Source of the DNA: Eledone cirrhosa
Taxonomy: Eukaryota
Direction of reading: 5' to 3'
Length of the DNA: 64,000 nucleotides
Assembly: GCA_964016885.1 (NCBI GenBank)
Contig: OZ024765.1
Location: forward strand, 11,594,001-11,658,000
Each line of letters opens with the position of its first letter. Position 1 is the stretch's first letter. Positions 11,158 to 24,683 of the stretch are shown one piece after another. Under the pieces are notes generated by a model, which did not search any database, was not told where the DNA came from, and saw only the letters and a program-made list of their open reading frames with translations. Position numbers and translations under genes: made by a program.

Positions 11158-11257
11158 ATCTGCTGATGAAGTCACATGCGGCGATAGTGCAATTAATGTA
11201 TAATAAATGCAAATAGCAGATTGCTGCATTAAGTGTGGCCGAAACTTGAGTACGGGT
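11158..11257 (+). ncRNA. Type I hammerhead ribozyme motif
   Basis: atctg-CTGATGA-agtcacat..gtgtggcc-GAAA-cttgag-TA-cgggt. Stems I, II (extended) and III pair; cleavage triplet GUA. Confidence 0.7.
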
Positions 11258-11424
11258 ATAAATTAAAGGTACCCATTTACATGTGTTGTGTTCAAGCGAA
11301 TAACTATGTCTACTCCGGGAGTTTACTTAACATTACCTATTGAGTACACTGAGATGCTACCGGTCCTAGCAGTGAAACCCATGCTAGTCTCGTCAACTTA
11401 TTATATATATATAAACAAATGAGA

Positions 11425-11906
11425 TCGTGTAGGTGTCACAACAAAAAAACACACAGTCCACGCTGTAATGTGGCCGTGTAGGTAACACGGTAAAAACCTC
11501 CCAGTCCCACACTGTAAATGTGGTTGGTGTTAGGAAGGGCATCCAGCCGTAGAAAACCCGCCAGATGTATAGGTGTCACGACAAAAAAATACACGGTCCA
11601 CGCTGTAATGTGGCCGTGTAGGTAACACGGTAAAAACCTCCCAGTCCCACACTGTAAATGTGGTTGGTGTTAGGAAGGGCATCCAACTGTAGAAAACCCG
11701 CCAGACAGTCCACGCTGTAATGTGGCCGTGTAGGCAACACGGTAAAAACCTCCCAGTCCCACACTGTAAATGTGGTTGGTGTTAGGAAGGGCATCCAACT
11801 GTAGAAAACCCGCCAGACAGTCCTATGCGAGCAAGACAACCACTCTTGCCTCAAGTGGGAAAACTCCCATCCAAACCCATGCAAGCGTGGAACACGGACG
11901 TTAAAC

Positions 11907-11942
<36 letters not shown>
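11425..11942 (+). mobile_element. SINE/RTE 3' region with internal tandem duplications and (GAT)n tail
   Basis: Three copies of 'acacggtaaaaacctcccagtcccacactgtaaatgtggttggtgttaggaaggg', then 'ggacgttaaacgatgatgat'. Homolog at 47950-48253. Confidence 0.8.
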
Positions 11943-11943
<1 letters not shown>

Positions 11944-11949
11944 TATATA

Positions 11950-12207
11950 TGAGTACTGCAATCGCTTGTCAGATTATAGAGTTTGGTGCACTTTTAGGCT
12001 ATGGTCAGCCACACGAACCTGTAACATACCCTGAACAAGCAATGCCTGTGCTTTGAAGGTTTTTTAAGTGGGGAAAGGCCTTGCACTCGAACAATTCCAT
12101 TCTTTGAGCATCGAAAACACTACACCTGGGGGCCTTTCACTCCCAGTTGGGGAAAAAAAAAAAGTATATTTTGATGGCCGTTGATTCTGCTGAATTCCTC
12201 CACCCTT
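11950..12207 (-). mobile_element. Fragment related to the RTE-derived non-autonomous element at 50118-50712
   Basis: The minus strand shares 'tcaacggccatc', 'actgggag' and 'gcacaggcattgctt' blocks, in the same order, with 50280-50505. Confidence 0.55.
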
Positions 12208-12226
12208 ATATATATATATATATATA

Positions 12227-12420
12227 TAGGAACAAGTAAGACCCCGACGGCTGAGCTCAAGCCGTTTCGACGGCTAATTCCAGTCCAGAATTAGCCGTCG
12301 AAACGGCTTGAGCTCAGCCATCGGGGTCTTACTTGCTCCTATTACCCACTCTACTACCCTAAGTATTGAGTACTTTGGTGCGTTATGGTCCACCTGGTTC
12401 CTTACCACATTTCCTTTGTT
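12227..12420 (+). mobile_element. Fold-back short element (family B) in (TA)n
   Basis: Inverted arms 12227-12280 and 12288-12341, then a unique tail 'taagtattgagtactttggtgcgttatggtcc'. Confidence 0.8.
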
Positions 12421-12446
12421 ATATATATATATATATATATATATAT

Positions 12447-12608
12447 AGGAGAGAGTATGACCCCTTAATTTAGTCCAGAAATAGCCATCGAAACAGCTTG
12501 TGCTCTGCCGTCGGGGTCATACTTTGTCCTATTACCCACTCTACTAGCCTAAGTATTGAGTACTCTGGTGCGTTATGGTCCATCTGCTTCCTTACCACAA
12601 TTCCTTCG

Positions 12609-12610
<2 letters not shown>
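12447..12610 (+). mobile_element. Family B short element, second adjacent copy
   Basis: Same body and tail as 12288-12420, with a short inverted 5' piece. Confidence 0.75.
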
Positions 12611-12642
<32 letters not shown>

Positions 12643-13159
12643 GTTGCCACAGAGATGGAAATGTTTTGACTTGAATCCACACATCTGATACTGTTGTCAA
12701 GTCTCTTACAACTATAAAGACCTTGAGCTAATCATCTGTGAAACATCTGTAATGTTATGTTATGTAACATACTGTGAGAAGGAGGGGCATTTGATTACAT
12801 CAACCTCAGTATATGACTGGTACTGTATTTTATTGACCTCGCTAGGATAAAAGTCACAGTTGAACTTGGAGGCAAGATTTTAACTCAGAAAGCAGAAAGC
12901 TGGAACAAATACAACACAGACATTCTGTCAGACATTCCAACAACTGCCAAATTCACCACTACAGCCTATCATACCCACCCACTACCACCCACGCTCAACC
13001 ACCCCCACTCCATCCCCTCCACCACCACCCACGCTCCATCCCCACCTCCACCTCCACATAATTAAGGAGCAATCAGTGACAGTACACTCTCACCTTTTCC
13101 ACTATATCTTCTCTTCATTACATAATTAAATAGTCATTTATTACAACTATATATATATC

Positions 13160-13975
13160 ACCACAACCACTACTACCACCACCATTACCACTACCACTAC
13201 TACCACCACAACCACTACTACCACCACCATTACCACTACCACTACTACCACCACTACCATTACCACTACCACTACTACCACCACTACCAATACTACCACC
13301 ACCATTACCACTACCACTACTACCACCACTACCATTACCACTACCACTACTACCACCACTACCAATACTACCACCACCATTACCACTACCACTACTACCA
13401 CCACCATTACCACTACCACTACTACCACCACTACCATTACCACTAGCACTACTACCACCACTACCATTACCACTACCACTACTACCACCACTACCATTAC
13501 CACTACCACTACTACCACCACTACCATTACCACTAGCACTACTACCACTACCACTACTATCATTACCACCAATACCACTACCACCACCACCACAACCACC
13601 ACTACTACCACCACTACCACCACCATTACCACTAGCACTACTACCACTACCATCATTACCACCACTACCACCAAACTACTCTACTATTCCACCAGTCACA
13701 TAACCCTGTACTCTATGTACCCCTGGGTGTGTGTGTGTGTGTGTGTATGTGTGAGTGTGTGTGTGTATGTATGTGTGTGTGAGTGTGTATGTGTGAGTGT
13801 ATGTGTGAGGGTGTGTATGTGTGAGGGCGTGTATGTGTGTGTGTGTGTGTGTGAGTGTGTGTGTGTGTGTATGTGTGTGTGTGTATGTATGTGTGTGTGA
13901 GTGTGTATGTGTGAGTGTATATGTGAGTGTGTATGTGTGAGGGTGTGTATGTGTGAGGGCGTGTATGTGTGTGCA
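13160..13975. repeat. (ACC/ACT)n then (GT)n microsatellite tracts
   Basis: Low-complexity sequence seen directly. Confidence 0.95.
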
Positions 13976-15744
13976 TAAGGGGGAGGGGGTGCTACTGCAA
14001 AGGACATGTTGCAAGGGGAGAGGTGCAGCAAATGTGTAGGTGTGCAGCAGAAAGGAGGGGGGATTGCTGCAGAGGGTATGTTGTGAGGGAGGTGGTGGTG
14101 GTATTGGTGTAAGAGAGAGCGGGGAGGTGGAGGTGGTCTAAGGGTATATTGTGAGGGAGGTGGCCTAAGGGTATGTTGTGAGGGAGGTGCAGCTTATGTG
14201 TAGGTGTTCGGAAGGAATTAGGTACACGGGTAGGGTAGGGTTGGGTTGGATGTTAAAGTTTAATTTGGTACATTTTCCACCCATCTCCCTACTGTCCCAT
14301 CATCATCTACTAACTCACACCACCCCCATCTCCCACTCCAGCAACTGCCCCACCCTCAGCACCATCTCAACCCCCATCTCCCACCCAACACCACCCCACC
14401 CCTATCTACTAACTCACACCCGTCTTCCACCCCCACCCCCACCATCTCCACCCCTATCTGCTAACTCACACCCATCTGCCACCCCCACCACCATCTCCAC
14501 CCTTATCTACTAACTCACACCCGTCTGCCACCCCCACCACCATCTCCACCCCTATCTACTAACTCACACCCATCTGCCACCCCCACCACCATCTCCACCC
14601 CTATCTACTAACTCACACCCGTCTGCCACCCCCACCACCATCTCCACCCCTATCTACTAACTCACACCCCTATCTCCCACCTCACCCTTCTCCGGAAATT
14701 CATTAGAGTCACTTCCTCATTGAATCTAAAGCAGCATCTCTCTCTCACTCTCTCATTCACTCCCCAATCTCTCCTCCTCTCACTCATTCTCTCACCCTGT
14801 TTCTCTTCCTCTTTCATTCACTCCCTCTCTATCTCTCTCTCATTCACCCCCCCATCCCTCTCCCTCTATCTTTCCTCTTCCATTCCCTCCCTCTCTATCT
14901 CTACATTATCCTCTGCCTTCTTCCACCTCACTCCTCCCTCTCCCAGATGCACACTGCACCAACACCAGCACCAACACCAACAACTGCACCAGTCTATTGC
15001 AGGCAGATACTCAACACAAGCCAAATATAGCACCCTTGTTTAAAGCCTCAACATGCTAAAAATAGTAGCTAAATACTCTCTCATATCACACCTAACCAAT
15101 GAGACTGCCTCTTCTCAGTCTCTCAAAATGCTAGAGATAGTAGCTATATACTCGCTCCTCATATCAAACTACACCATCACCACCATCACACTTCCCTGAA
15201 CTGCATGAAGATATTGAGCGACAATTTCATGATCTGTTTGCTCTTCGAGCCCCTGAATGCTTTGCAGCATAGAGTTACGGCCCTTTACATTCTGAGTTCA
15301 AATCCCTCTGAGGTTAGCATTCCTTTCATCCTTATGGGAATGATAAAATAAAGTACCAGTCATGCTTTGGGATTGATTTAATCGACTTTTCCCTTTCCTA
15401 AAATAGCTGGCCTTGTGCATAAAGTAGAAACAACTATTTATACCGACAGATAATTATTAAGGATATTTGTGTTGGGACGCACACATTTTGAAGACAAACC
15501 AATAGAATCAATATATCTACCATTTTTCCAATTGTAGAGTTACGTTATCCAATTTTCTCAGCTATTATTTATAACAATTAATAATTACTAAAGACATCTC
15601 TGCTAGGATGCACACATTTTGAACACAAACTAATAAGGCCACTTCTACTTAACCCTTTAACATTTATATTTCCCTATATATACTATTTTATTTTTGTGGT
15701 AAAGGCTTTACTTCACATAATATCTCACATAACATTTTTGTTTG

Positions 15745-16270
15745 TGACGCTAAACTCCGCCAGTTGCAGACTGCGCATCAACATGTCATATCTCTCTCCA
15801 CAAAGTTCGATCACCAGCAGCAGAGTTTAAAGAGTAAAGATCAAGTCCTGTCCATAAGTTGACATTATCAAGCCATCGTTTTGGCTGCCGGCCTCTGCTT
15901 CTCTTACCAGCCGACCTTCCTCCCAGGCAGAACCTACTCACACCACAAGTTGATCTTTTTATATGACCGTATAGTTTGAGTCCTCTTGACTTGACAATTG
16001 ATGTTGGTCTATGTTTGGTAATGTTGAGCAGCTCACTGATACAGATTAGGTCACTGAGCCACTTACCAGTCATAAGTCTCATCATGTGGTTCTGCAATGT
16101 AGAGAGCTTCTGAAGTGACCTTGTCCTCGTCCAATTAACACAGTTAAGACCATATAACACAACTGGTATGATGTAAGTATCAAAGATCTTAGCCTTCAAA
16201 TGATAGGAAACTCATTTTGATGTTAGTACTTACTTGTTCTTGTTGAAAGCTGCCCAACCTAGAACGATAT
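15745..16270 (-). pseudogene. RTE-type LINE 3' fragment (different family)
   Basis: KAKIFDTYIIPVVLYG...LKLYGHIKRS...GKRSRGRQPKRWLDNV is a typical RTE C-terminal region. Confidence 0.8.
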
Positions 16271-16292
16271 AATACTGCGCAGCAACCATTCC

Positions 16293-17176
16293 ATAACCCT
16301 TCCATTTACAATACTCTATATATACTATTGTATTTTCACGGTAAAGGCTTTACCTCACATAATTATCTCACATAATATCTCACATAACATTTACATTACT
16401 CTATTGTATTTTCACGGTAAAGGCTTTATCTCACATAATATCTCACATAACATTTACATTACTCTATTATATTTTCACGGTAAAGGCTTTATCTCACATA
16501 ATTACCTCACATAATATCTCACATAACATTTACATTACTCTATATATACTGTTGTATTTTCACAGCAAAGGCTTTATCTCACATAATATCTCACATAACA
16601 TTTACATTACTCTATATATACTATTGTATTTTTGTGGTAAAGGCTTTCTCTCACATAATATCTCACATAACATTTACATTACTCTATATATACTATTGTA
16701 TTTTCACAGCAAAGGCTTTATCTCACATAATATCTCACATAACATTTACATTACTCTATATATACTATTGTATTTTCACAGCAAAGGCTTTATCTCACAT
16801 AATATCTCACATAACATTTACATTACTCTATATATACTATTGTATTTTCACAGTAAAGGCTTGACCTCACATAATATCTCACATAACATTTACATTACTC
16901 TATATATACTATCGTATTTTTGTGGTAAAGGCTTTCTCTCACATAATATCTCACATAACATTTACATTACTCTATATATACTATTGTATTTTTGTGGTAA
17001 AGGCTTTCTCTCACATAATTACCTCACATAACATTTAATCTATGAGATCTTGATGTTATTTATTTTGAGAACAATACCTTAACATCAGTATGAGGTGGCT
17101 AGTTACGGCCAGTTTGAACAGACAGATGTGAGACATTTCTGGCCGGATATGACTGGTTTAAATGCTAAAGAGTTAA
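16293..17176 (+). mobile_element. piggyBac-like MITE with internal ~87-bp tandem repeats
   Basis: Ends 'taacccttccattt' and 'aaatgctaaagagttaa' approximate a TTAA+CCCTTTAGCATTT TIR. An inverted homolog lies at 25559-26220. Confidence 0.6.
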
Positions 17177-17479
17177 TACAGCCTCTTTCTTTTTACAAGC
17201 ATTATTTATATTAAGAAAATATTATTTTGCTCATTTGCATAAGGACACACACAATCCAGATTATACATTTTCTCAACTGAAAATGCTAAATCTAACTGTG
17301 CTATTTTTGAAACTGTGAAGGTGAGTGAAGTATGGAAGACCATATTAACATCAGAATTAATCATATTGACATATAAATATTTATATATGTAAATTTATGT
17401 ATTTATGTGCCTGCATGTGTAAATGCAGGTATATATATATATGTGTGTGTGTGTGTGTATATATATGTGTATATATATT

Positions 17480-17614
<135 letters not shown>

Positions 17615-17732
17615 TGTAATGAGTTACTACCCTACAGCTGAGCTCTTGCCATCGGGCAGGAACTCATTACAATACCTAAAATCTACTTTCTTAAGTATTA
17701 AGTATTAAGCTGAACAGTGGTCTTAATAGTAA

Positions 17733-17813
<81 letters not shown>

Positions 17814-17937
17814 GTGTATGTATATATATATATATATATATATACGTGTATGTATATATATATATATATATATATATACGTGTATGTATATAAATATACA
17901 TATATATATATATATTTATATACATGTATGTATATAA

Positions 17938-17968
<31 letters not shown>

Positions 17969-18569
17969 GATATAGATATATATACATATATACATACACA
18001 CACACATACACATATATATATATGTATAATTAAGTACTAATTAATAAGGTGCTATTTTAGTCGCATTTAAAAAATGTCCAGATCCGTGTGATAGAATTAA
18101 TTACCAACATAACAACATACACCAATCTATCATAATCAATTATAAATTAGTTAATTATGAATTGCTAAGTAAATTCATCTCAATTATTTACACCATTGCA
18201 ATCATATTTTGGAAGAGCATAGCCTAGTGGTAAATGTGTTGGCCTTACTATCATAATTTTACTGATGTTTGTGCATTGCCCTATGTACTGTACATGCACT
18301 TTTTTGATGAGTTGTGGTGCACCTGGGCACTGTACACAATATTTCATTATTGTTATTGTTATTATATCATACACTGTTCATTTTCCTGACATTTGTACAT
18401 TATTCTATGTACTATACATGCACCTTTGATGAGTTGTAGTGCACCTGAGCACTGTACACAATAATTTCATTATTATTATTATTAATATTATGGGTTCAAC
18501 TCCTGGATTGGGTTGTGTGTTGTGTTGTGTTCTTGAACAAAACACTTTATTTCATATTACTTCAGTACC

Positions 18570-20110
18570 AAGGGTGTTGGATTTATGATCATGTTGTAGG
18601 GAAAAAAAAAAACCCTAAACACCCCCACATAACTAAAAGTGGACTAGTCAAAATGTCTATCATAATTATCTCACATAACATTACATTACTCGATATATTG
18701 TATTCTAATCATATTTTGGAGGTGTGTGGCCAAGTGGTGTTGGACTTACGATCATGTATATATTAATGACATAGATGCCAACTTAAGGAATGCCACAGTA
18801 CTAAAGTACGCAGACGACATCAAGATGTACCTTGAGATAAAAAGGACAGATCCTGAACACTATAGATCTTGCTTGCAGTCTGACCTGGACACAATGCAAC
18901 AGTGGATCTCAGACTGGCAACTCAAGCTAGCTGTGGACAAATGCACCACCATGCATTTTGGGAGTAAAAACCCAGCGTCCACATATTCCCTCCACAGCAC
19001 TAATATCAAGAAGTCTTCCTGTGAACGTGACCTGGGCATTACGGTCAGCAGCGATTTGTGTTGGACGAGGCACGTCTTTAAAATTGTCAAGAGGGCCGAG
19101 GGTGTCTTAGCATCACTCAGCAAGACCTTTGTCAGCCGCTCTCCAGATATCTATTTAAGGCTGTATACAGCTATGGTGCGACCACACTTAGAATTTGCAT
19201 CACCAGTCTGGAACCCCTATCTTGCTCAGGACATTGACCGCCTGGAAACTGTTCAGAGACGTGCAACCAAGCGAATACCCTCCATCAGGCATCTACCATA
19301 CTCTGATCGCCTTGCTTCCCTGGGCATGGATTCATTGAAGCTCCGACGCCTGGCAACTGACTTGGTAAACACCCACAAAATTGTTAACCATGTTGCCAAC
19401 AACAACCCTGAGTGCCTTTTCGATTTCCATGTGTCTAACACACGTGGACATGCCCACAAAGTAAGAAAACAGCACAGTTCCCATGACTTTCGGAAACATT
19501 TTTTCACGCTCAGAGTTGCTGAAGCATGGAACAAACTACCTGCATCAGTTGTTAGCTGTCGAGACGCTGCATCCTTTAAGGCCACCATGCTTCCCGAGAT
19601 CCGCCAACACTACAGCTAACACATACAAACATGTACTTCCCTGGCATTTGTGTATTATTCTATGTACTATATTGACGAGTTGTAGTGCACCTGAGCACTT
19701 TACACAATAATTTCATTATTATTATTATATGTTGCAGGGGAAAAGCCCTGATCACCCCCACATAACTAAAAGTGGACTAGGCAAAATGTCTATCATAATT
19801 ATCTCACATAACATTTACATTACTCGATATATTGTATTCTAATCCTATTTTGGAGGTGTGTGGCCAAGTGGTGTTGGACTTACGATCATGTTGCAGGGGA
19901 AAAGCCCTGATCACCCCCGCATAACTAAAAGTGGACTAGTCAAAATGTCTATCATAATTATCTCACATAACATTTACATTACTCGATATATTGTATTCTA
20001 ATCATATTTTGGAGGTGTGTGGCCAAGTGGTGTTGGACTTACGACCATGTTGCAGGGGAAAAGCTCTGATCACCCCTGCATAACTAAAAGTGGACTAGGC
20101 AAAATGTCTA
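18570..20110. repeat. ~159-bp tandem repeat interrupted by a CR1-like insertion
   Basis: 'ggacttacgatcatgttgcaggggaaaagccctgatcacccc..ataactaaaagtggactag' recurs at ~18580, 19730, 19890 and 20048. Confidence 0.85.
18758..19728 (+). mobile_element. 5'-truncated CR1-like LINE (RT C-terminal half, open frame to 19619)
   Basis: YINDI..YADDIK..KCTTMHFG..ERDLGI..YTAMVRPHLEFASPVWNPY..RGH..HFFTLRVAEAWNKLP. (ATT)n tail; 'atgt' duplicated at 18754-18757 and 19729-19732. Confidence 0.9.
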
Positions 20111-20800
20111 TAAATAATTGTTTCTACTTTTGGGACAAGGCCAGCAATTACCCAGTGCATTACTGGTACTTTATTTTATCGGCCCCGTAAGGTTGAAATG
20201 CAAAGCTAACCTCAACAGGCTTGAACTCAGAACGTAAAGGGCCATAACTCTATGCCACAAAGCATGTTGTCCGATGCTCTACCAATATGGCCAATCCAAA
20301 TAATAATAATAATAATAATGGTTTTTGATTAAGGCACAAGGCCAACAATTTTTGGGGGAGAGAATGTCAATTATATTGACAACGGTACAGATGAAATGAT
20401 GATGATGATGATGATGGTAATGATAATGATAATAATTGTTTCTACTTTTGGCACAAGGCCAGCTATTACCCCAGTACATTACTGGTATTTTATTTTATCG
20501 ACCCCGTAAGGATGAAAGGCAAAGTTGACCTCGGCGGGATTTGAACTCAGAATAGAAAGGGCTGTAAATGACAATGATAATAATTGTTTCTATTTTAGGC
20601 ACAAGGCCAGCAATTCACCAATACATTACTGGTACTTTATTGGTAATGATAATGATAATAATTGTTTCTACTTTTTGGCACAAGGCCAGCAATTATCCCA
20701 GTACATTACTGGTACTTTATTTTATCGACCCCCGTAAGGATGAAAGGCAAAGTTAACCTCGGCGGGAATTGAACTCAGATCGTAAATGATGATGATGATG
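20110..20800 (-). mobile_element. Cluster of SINE (family C) copies
   Basis: Repeated 'tactggtactttattttatcgaccccgtaaggatgaaaggcaaagttgacctcggcgggatttgaactcag'. Forward copies at ~15260-15435 and 59160-59325. Confidence 0.8.
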
Positions 20801-21163
20801 ATGATAAAATAAAAATAAAATAAAAAACAGAAAGAAAATTAAATGAAGTACTCAGGCCTATGTGATCAGTTATATCGTTTGAAGCCATTGCTCCAGAATG
20901 GCCACAATCTAATGACTGAAAACAGTTTTAAAAATAAAATAAATGATAATTTAAACAAACACAGGTAAAGAGGAACGTGTCACAAATATGATTTTATAGC
21001 ATTTTATGTAAAAATAATTCTCACAAGAACACGGGCTGCCGGAAAACATGAAAGACTTTGAAGATACTTTAATATTATAGATAATTATTAAAAAGCAATT
21101 AATTATAATTTAGCTAATGGATTAGATAGATAAACTGATAAATATATAAATATTAATGTCAAC

Positions 21164-21559
21164 TTGGCTGAGGAAGGAGCCCTGCAAAGTTGGGTGGCTG
21201 GTGCAGCGGGTGTCACTGGCCGGTGTCCGCGGGAAGGCTTTTGCGCTCTTGTCCGCGGGGCGGGGGGGGGGGGGGGGGGCTAGCCCTTCTGCTCCCAAGC
21301 TCTAGGCCCAAAGCCCAATTATTCTCCTTCTTCACCCCTCGCCTCTCTTCTGCGACACCAGACTTCTTGCCATCTCCTCCCCTTCCTGTTCTTCTTTTTC
21401 TCTTTTTTCTCTATATCTTCCTATTCTTTTTTTTCTTTTGTTTCCTTTTCTTTTTTATTATTGTTGTTATTACTGTTGTCACTATTATTATTACTATTAT
21501 TATTATTATTACTATTATTATTATTATTATCATCATTATTACTGTAAATAAAAGATTAA
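21164..21559 (+). mobile_element. GC-rich 5'-truncated retroposon-like insert with 9-bp TSD
   Basis: AATGTCAAC at 21155-21163 and 21560-21568. Pyrimidine-rich 3' part and AATAAA lie just before the right TSD. Confidence 0.65.
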
Positions 21560-21699
21560 AATGTCAACATGAGTCTAGAAGCTTTTAGTATAATTATCAT
21601 ATTAAACTATATGATTAATGATACGTGAATTAAATTAACCCACATCATTTTACTTTCAAAAGATGAACTAACGATGGCACTAATTACTATTAATTTATC

Positions 21700-23880
21700 T
21701 TCTTCTTCTTTGCCCAATTATTCCTGAGAGGGTAGTGGGGACAGAGTCCTCAAACACTCCTTCCAGCAGGTCCTGTCAGAAGCAATAGTCTCCAACTGAT
21801 CCAGCTGGATCCCCAAGTAAGACCAGCCAAGCTCAGGGATGTTATCCAACCATCTTGCTCGGAGTCTACACCTGGGTCTCCTACAAATTGGTTTCACCCA
21901 TAAAATCTGTCCAGTGATTCTTTCCTGAGACATTCTAACCACATGTCCATAGTATCAGAGCTGTGATCTCTCAATTCGGAGAAGTAGCAGCTCTACCTGG
22001 AGTAACTCTCTGATCTCTGAGCTACAAATATCTCCAACAATTCTTTCCTGAGACATTCTAACCACATGTCCATAGTATCAGAGCTGTGATCTCTCAATTC
22101 GGAGAAGTAGCAGCTCTACCTGGAGTAACTCTCTGATCTCTGAGCTACAAATATCTCCAACAATTCTTTCCTGAGACATTCTAACCACATGTCCATAGTA
22201 TCAGAGCTGTGATCTCTCAATTCGGAGAAGTAGCAGCTCTACCTGGAGTGACTCTCTGATCTCTGAGCTACAAATATCTCCAACAATTCTTTCCTGAGAC
22301 ATTCTAACCACATGCCCATAGTATCAGAACTGTGATCTCTCAATTCGGAGAAGTAGCAGCTCTACCTGGAGTGACTCTCTGATCTCCGAGCTACAAATAT
22401 CTCCAACAATTCTTTCCTGAGGCATTCTAACCACATGTCCATAGTATCAGAACTGTGATCTCTCAATTCGGAGAAGTAGCAGCTCTACCTGGAGTGACTC
22501 TCTGATCTCCGAGCTACAAATATCTCCAACAATTCTTTCCTGAGGCATTCTAACCACATGCCCATAGTATCAGAGCTGTGGTCTCTCAATTCGGAGAAGT
22601 AGCAGCTTTACCTGGAGTGGCACTCTCATCTCTGAGCTACAAATATCTCCAGCAATTCTTTCCTGAGACATTCTAACCACATGCCCATAGTATCAGAACT
22701 GTGATCTCTCAATTCGGAGAAGTAGCAGCTTTACCTGGAGTGACTCTCTGATCTCCGAGCTACAAATATCTCCAACAATTCTTTCCTGAGGCATTCTAAC
22801 CACATGCCCATAGTATCAGAGCTGTGGTCTCTCAATTCGGAGAAGTAGCAGCTTTACCTGGAGTGGCACTCTCATCTCTGAGCTACAAATATCTCCAGCA
22901 ATTCTTTCCTGAGACATTCTAACCACATGCCCATAGTATCAGAACTGTGATCTCTCAATTCGGAGAAGTAGCAGCTCTACCTGGAGTGACTCTCTGATCT
23001 CCGAGCTACAAATATCTCCAACAATTCTTTCCTGAGGCATTCTAACCACATGTCCATAGTATCAGAACTGTGATCTCTCAATTCGGAGAAGTAGCAGCTC
23101 TACCTGGAGTGACTCTCTGATCTCCGAGCTACAAATATCTCCAACAATTCTTTCCTGAGGCATTCTAACCACATGTCCATAGTATCAGAACTGTGATCTC
23201 TCAATTCGGAGAAGTAGCAGCTCTACCTGGAGTGACTCTCTGATCTCCGAGCTACAAATATCTCCAACAATTCTTTCCTGAGGCATTCTAACCACATGCC
23301 CATAGTATCAGAACTGTGATCTCTCAATTCGGAGAAGTAGCAGCTCTACCTGGAGTGACTCTCTGATCTCCGAGCTACAAATATCTCCAACAATTCTTTC
23401 CTGAGACATTCTAACCACATGCCCATAGTATCAGAGCTGTGGTCTCTCAATTCGGAGAAGTAGCAGCTCTACCTGGAGTGACACTCTCATCTCTGAGCTA
23501 CAAATATCTCCAGCAATTCTTTCCTCTGACATTCTAACCACATGTCCATAGTATCAGAGCTGTGGTCTCTCAATTCGGAGAAGTAGCAGCTCTACCTGGA
23601 GTGACACTCTCATCTCTGAGCTACAAATATCTCCAGCAATTCTTTCCTCTGACATTCTAACCACATGTCCATAGTATCAGAGCTGTGATCTCTCAATTCA
23701 GAGAAGTAGCAGCTCTACCTGGAGTGACTCTCTCATCTCCAAGCTACGGACTTTATAGAGTAATGTTGAGAGGAATCCCATTTTGGCTGCTTGTATTCAC
23801 GATCGTTTTCTTTCAGTCATTACCCAAGATTCATGACCATAGTTAAGGGTTGGCATGAAAACCGAATTGAAGATAGCTAT
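21700..23880 (-). mobile_element. RTE-derived element containing a 120-bp satellite array (about 15 units, 21925-23750)
   Basis: The unit encodes decayed ELLLLRIERSQL*YYGHVVRMSQER. RTE coding sequence continues on both sides of the array. Confidence 0.85.
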
Positions 23881-23908
23881 TCTCTATATTTTGTAAATTT
23901 ATATATGA

Positions 23909-23940
23909 CTAGTTGAGTTACCCAGCTTTGCCAGGGTAAA
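23909..23940 (-). mobile_element. Helitron-like 3' terminus
   Basis: Minus strand 'taccctggcaaagctgggta-actcaa-CTAG|T': subterminal hairpin followed by CTAG and T. Confidence 0.55.
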
Positions 23941-24275
23941 CAGATAAGAGAAGACATGTAAAAGAGGAAACAAACGTCTGTATTGAATGTGTTGCTTGGT
24001 TTACAGTATAAGTGTGTGTGTGTGTGTGTGTGTGTATAAACCTGCACTCGAGTCAGAGATGCTGGCCGCGTAACATAATCATCACTGACAACAAACATGT
24101 AGAGAGAATCCTTTATGACTGATACTCAACTTGCTAGAAATAGCAGTCAGATTGGTTAGCATAACTGGGATGTTTTTCTTCTCGGATGTTATAAAAATTA
24201 GTATCAATAAACCTTCAGTGTTAACTCAGTAACTGAAAACCAGTCTAACCTTTATTAGAAGTGAAACTAATTCAT

Positions 24276-24360
<85 letters not shown>

Positions 24361-24683
24361 GTTCAACCCAAACTGTCAAAATTTTTTGATTTAAAAACAT
24401 AAAAAAACTTTCACTTCAAATCAAAATAGAATTTTTATTTATAAATAAGTAAATATTTTTTATTATACACCTTCAAATCTTGACAATAGAGTTTTATTCC
24501 CTATATGATTAAACCAACTGGTGGTAAATACTTCCTACACCCACTTCCTTTATATTTGACCTATCCTTGTAAATATAATTCTCACAAGGACACAAGCTGT
24601 CGGAATCATGAAAGAAATTGAGCAATTTTCTCTAATATGAATAATTATTAAAAAGCAATTTACTTAGAAATTTAGCTAATAGA

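Noticed and set aside
18726-19619. 297-aa ORF as a host gene
   Set aside because: A 5'-truncated LINE RT. Its start codon comes from the flanking repeat.
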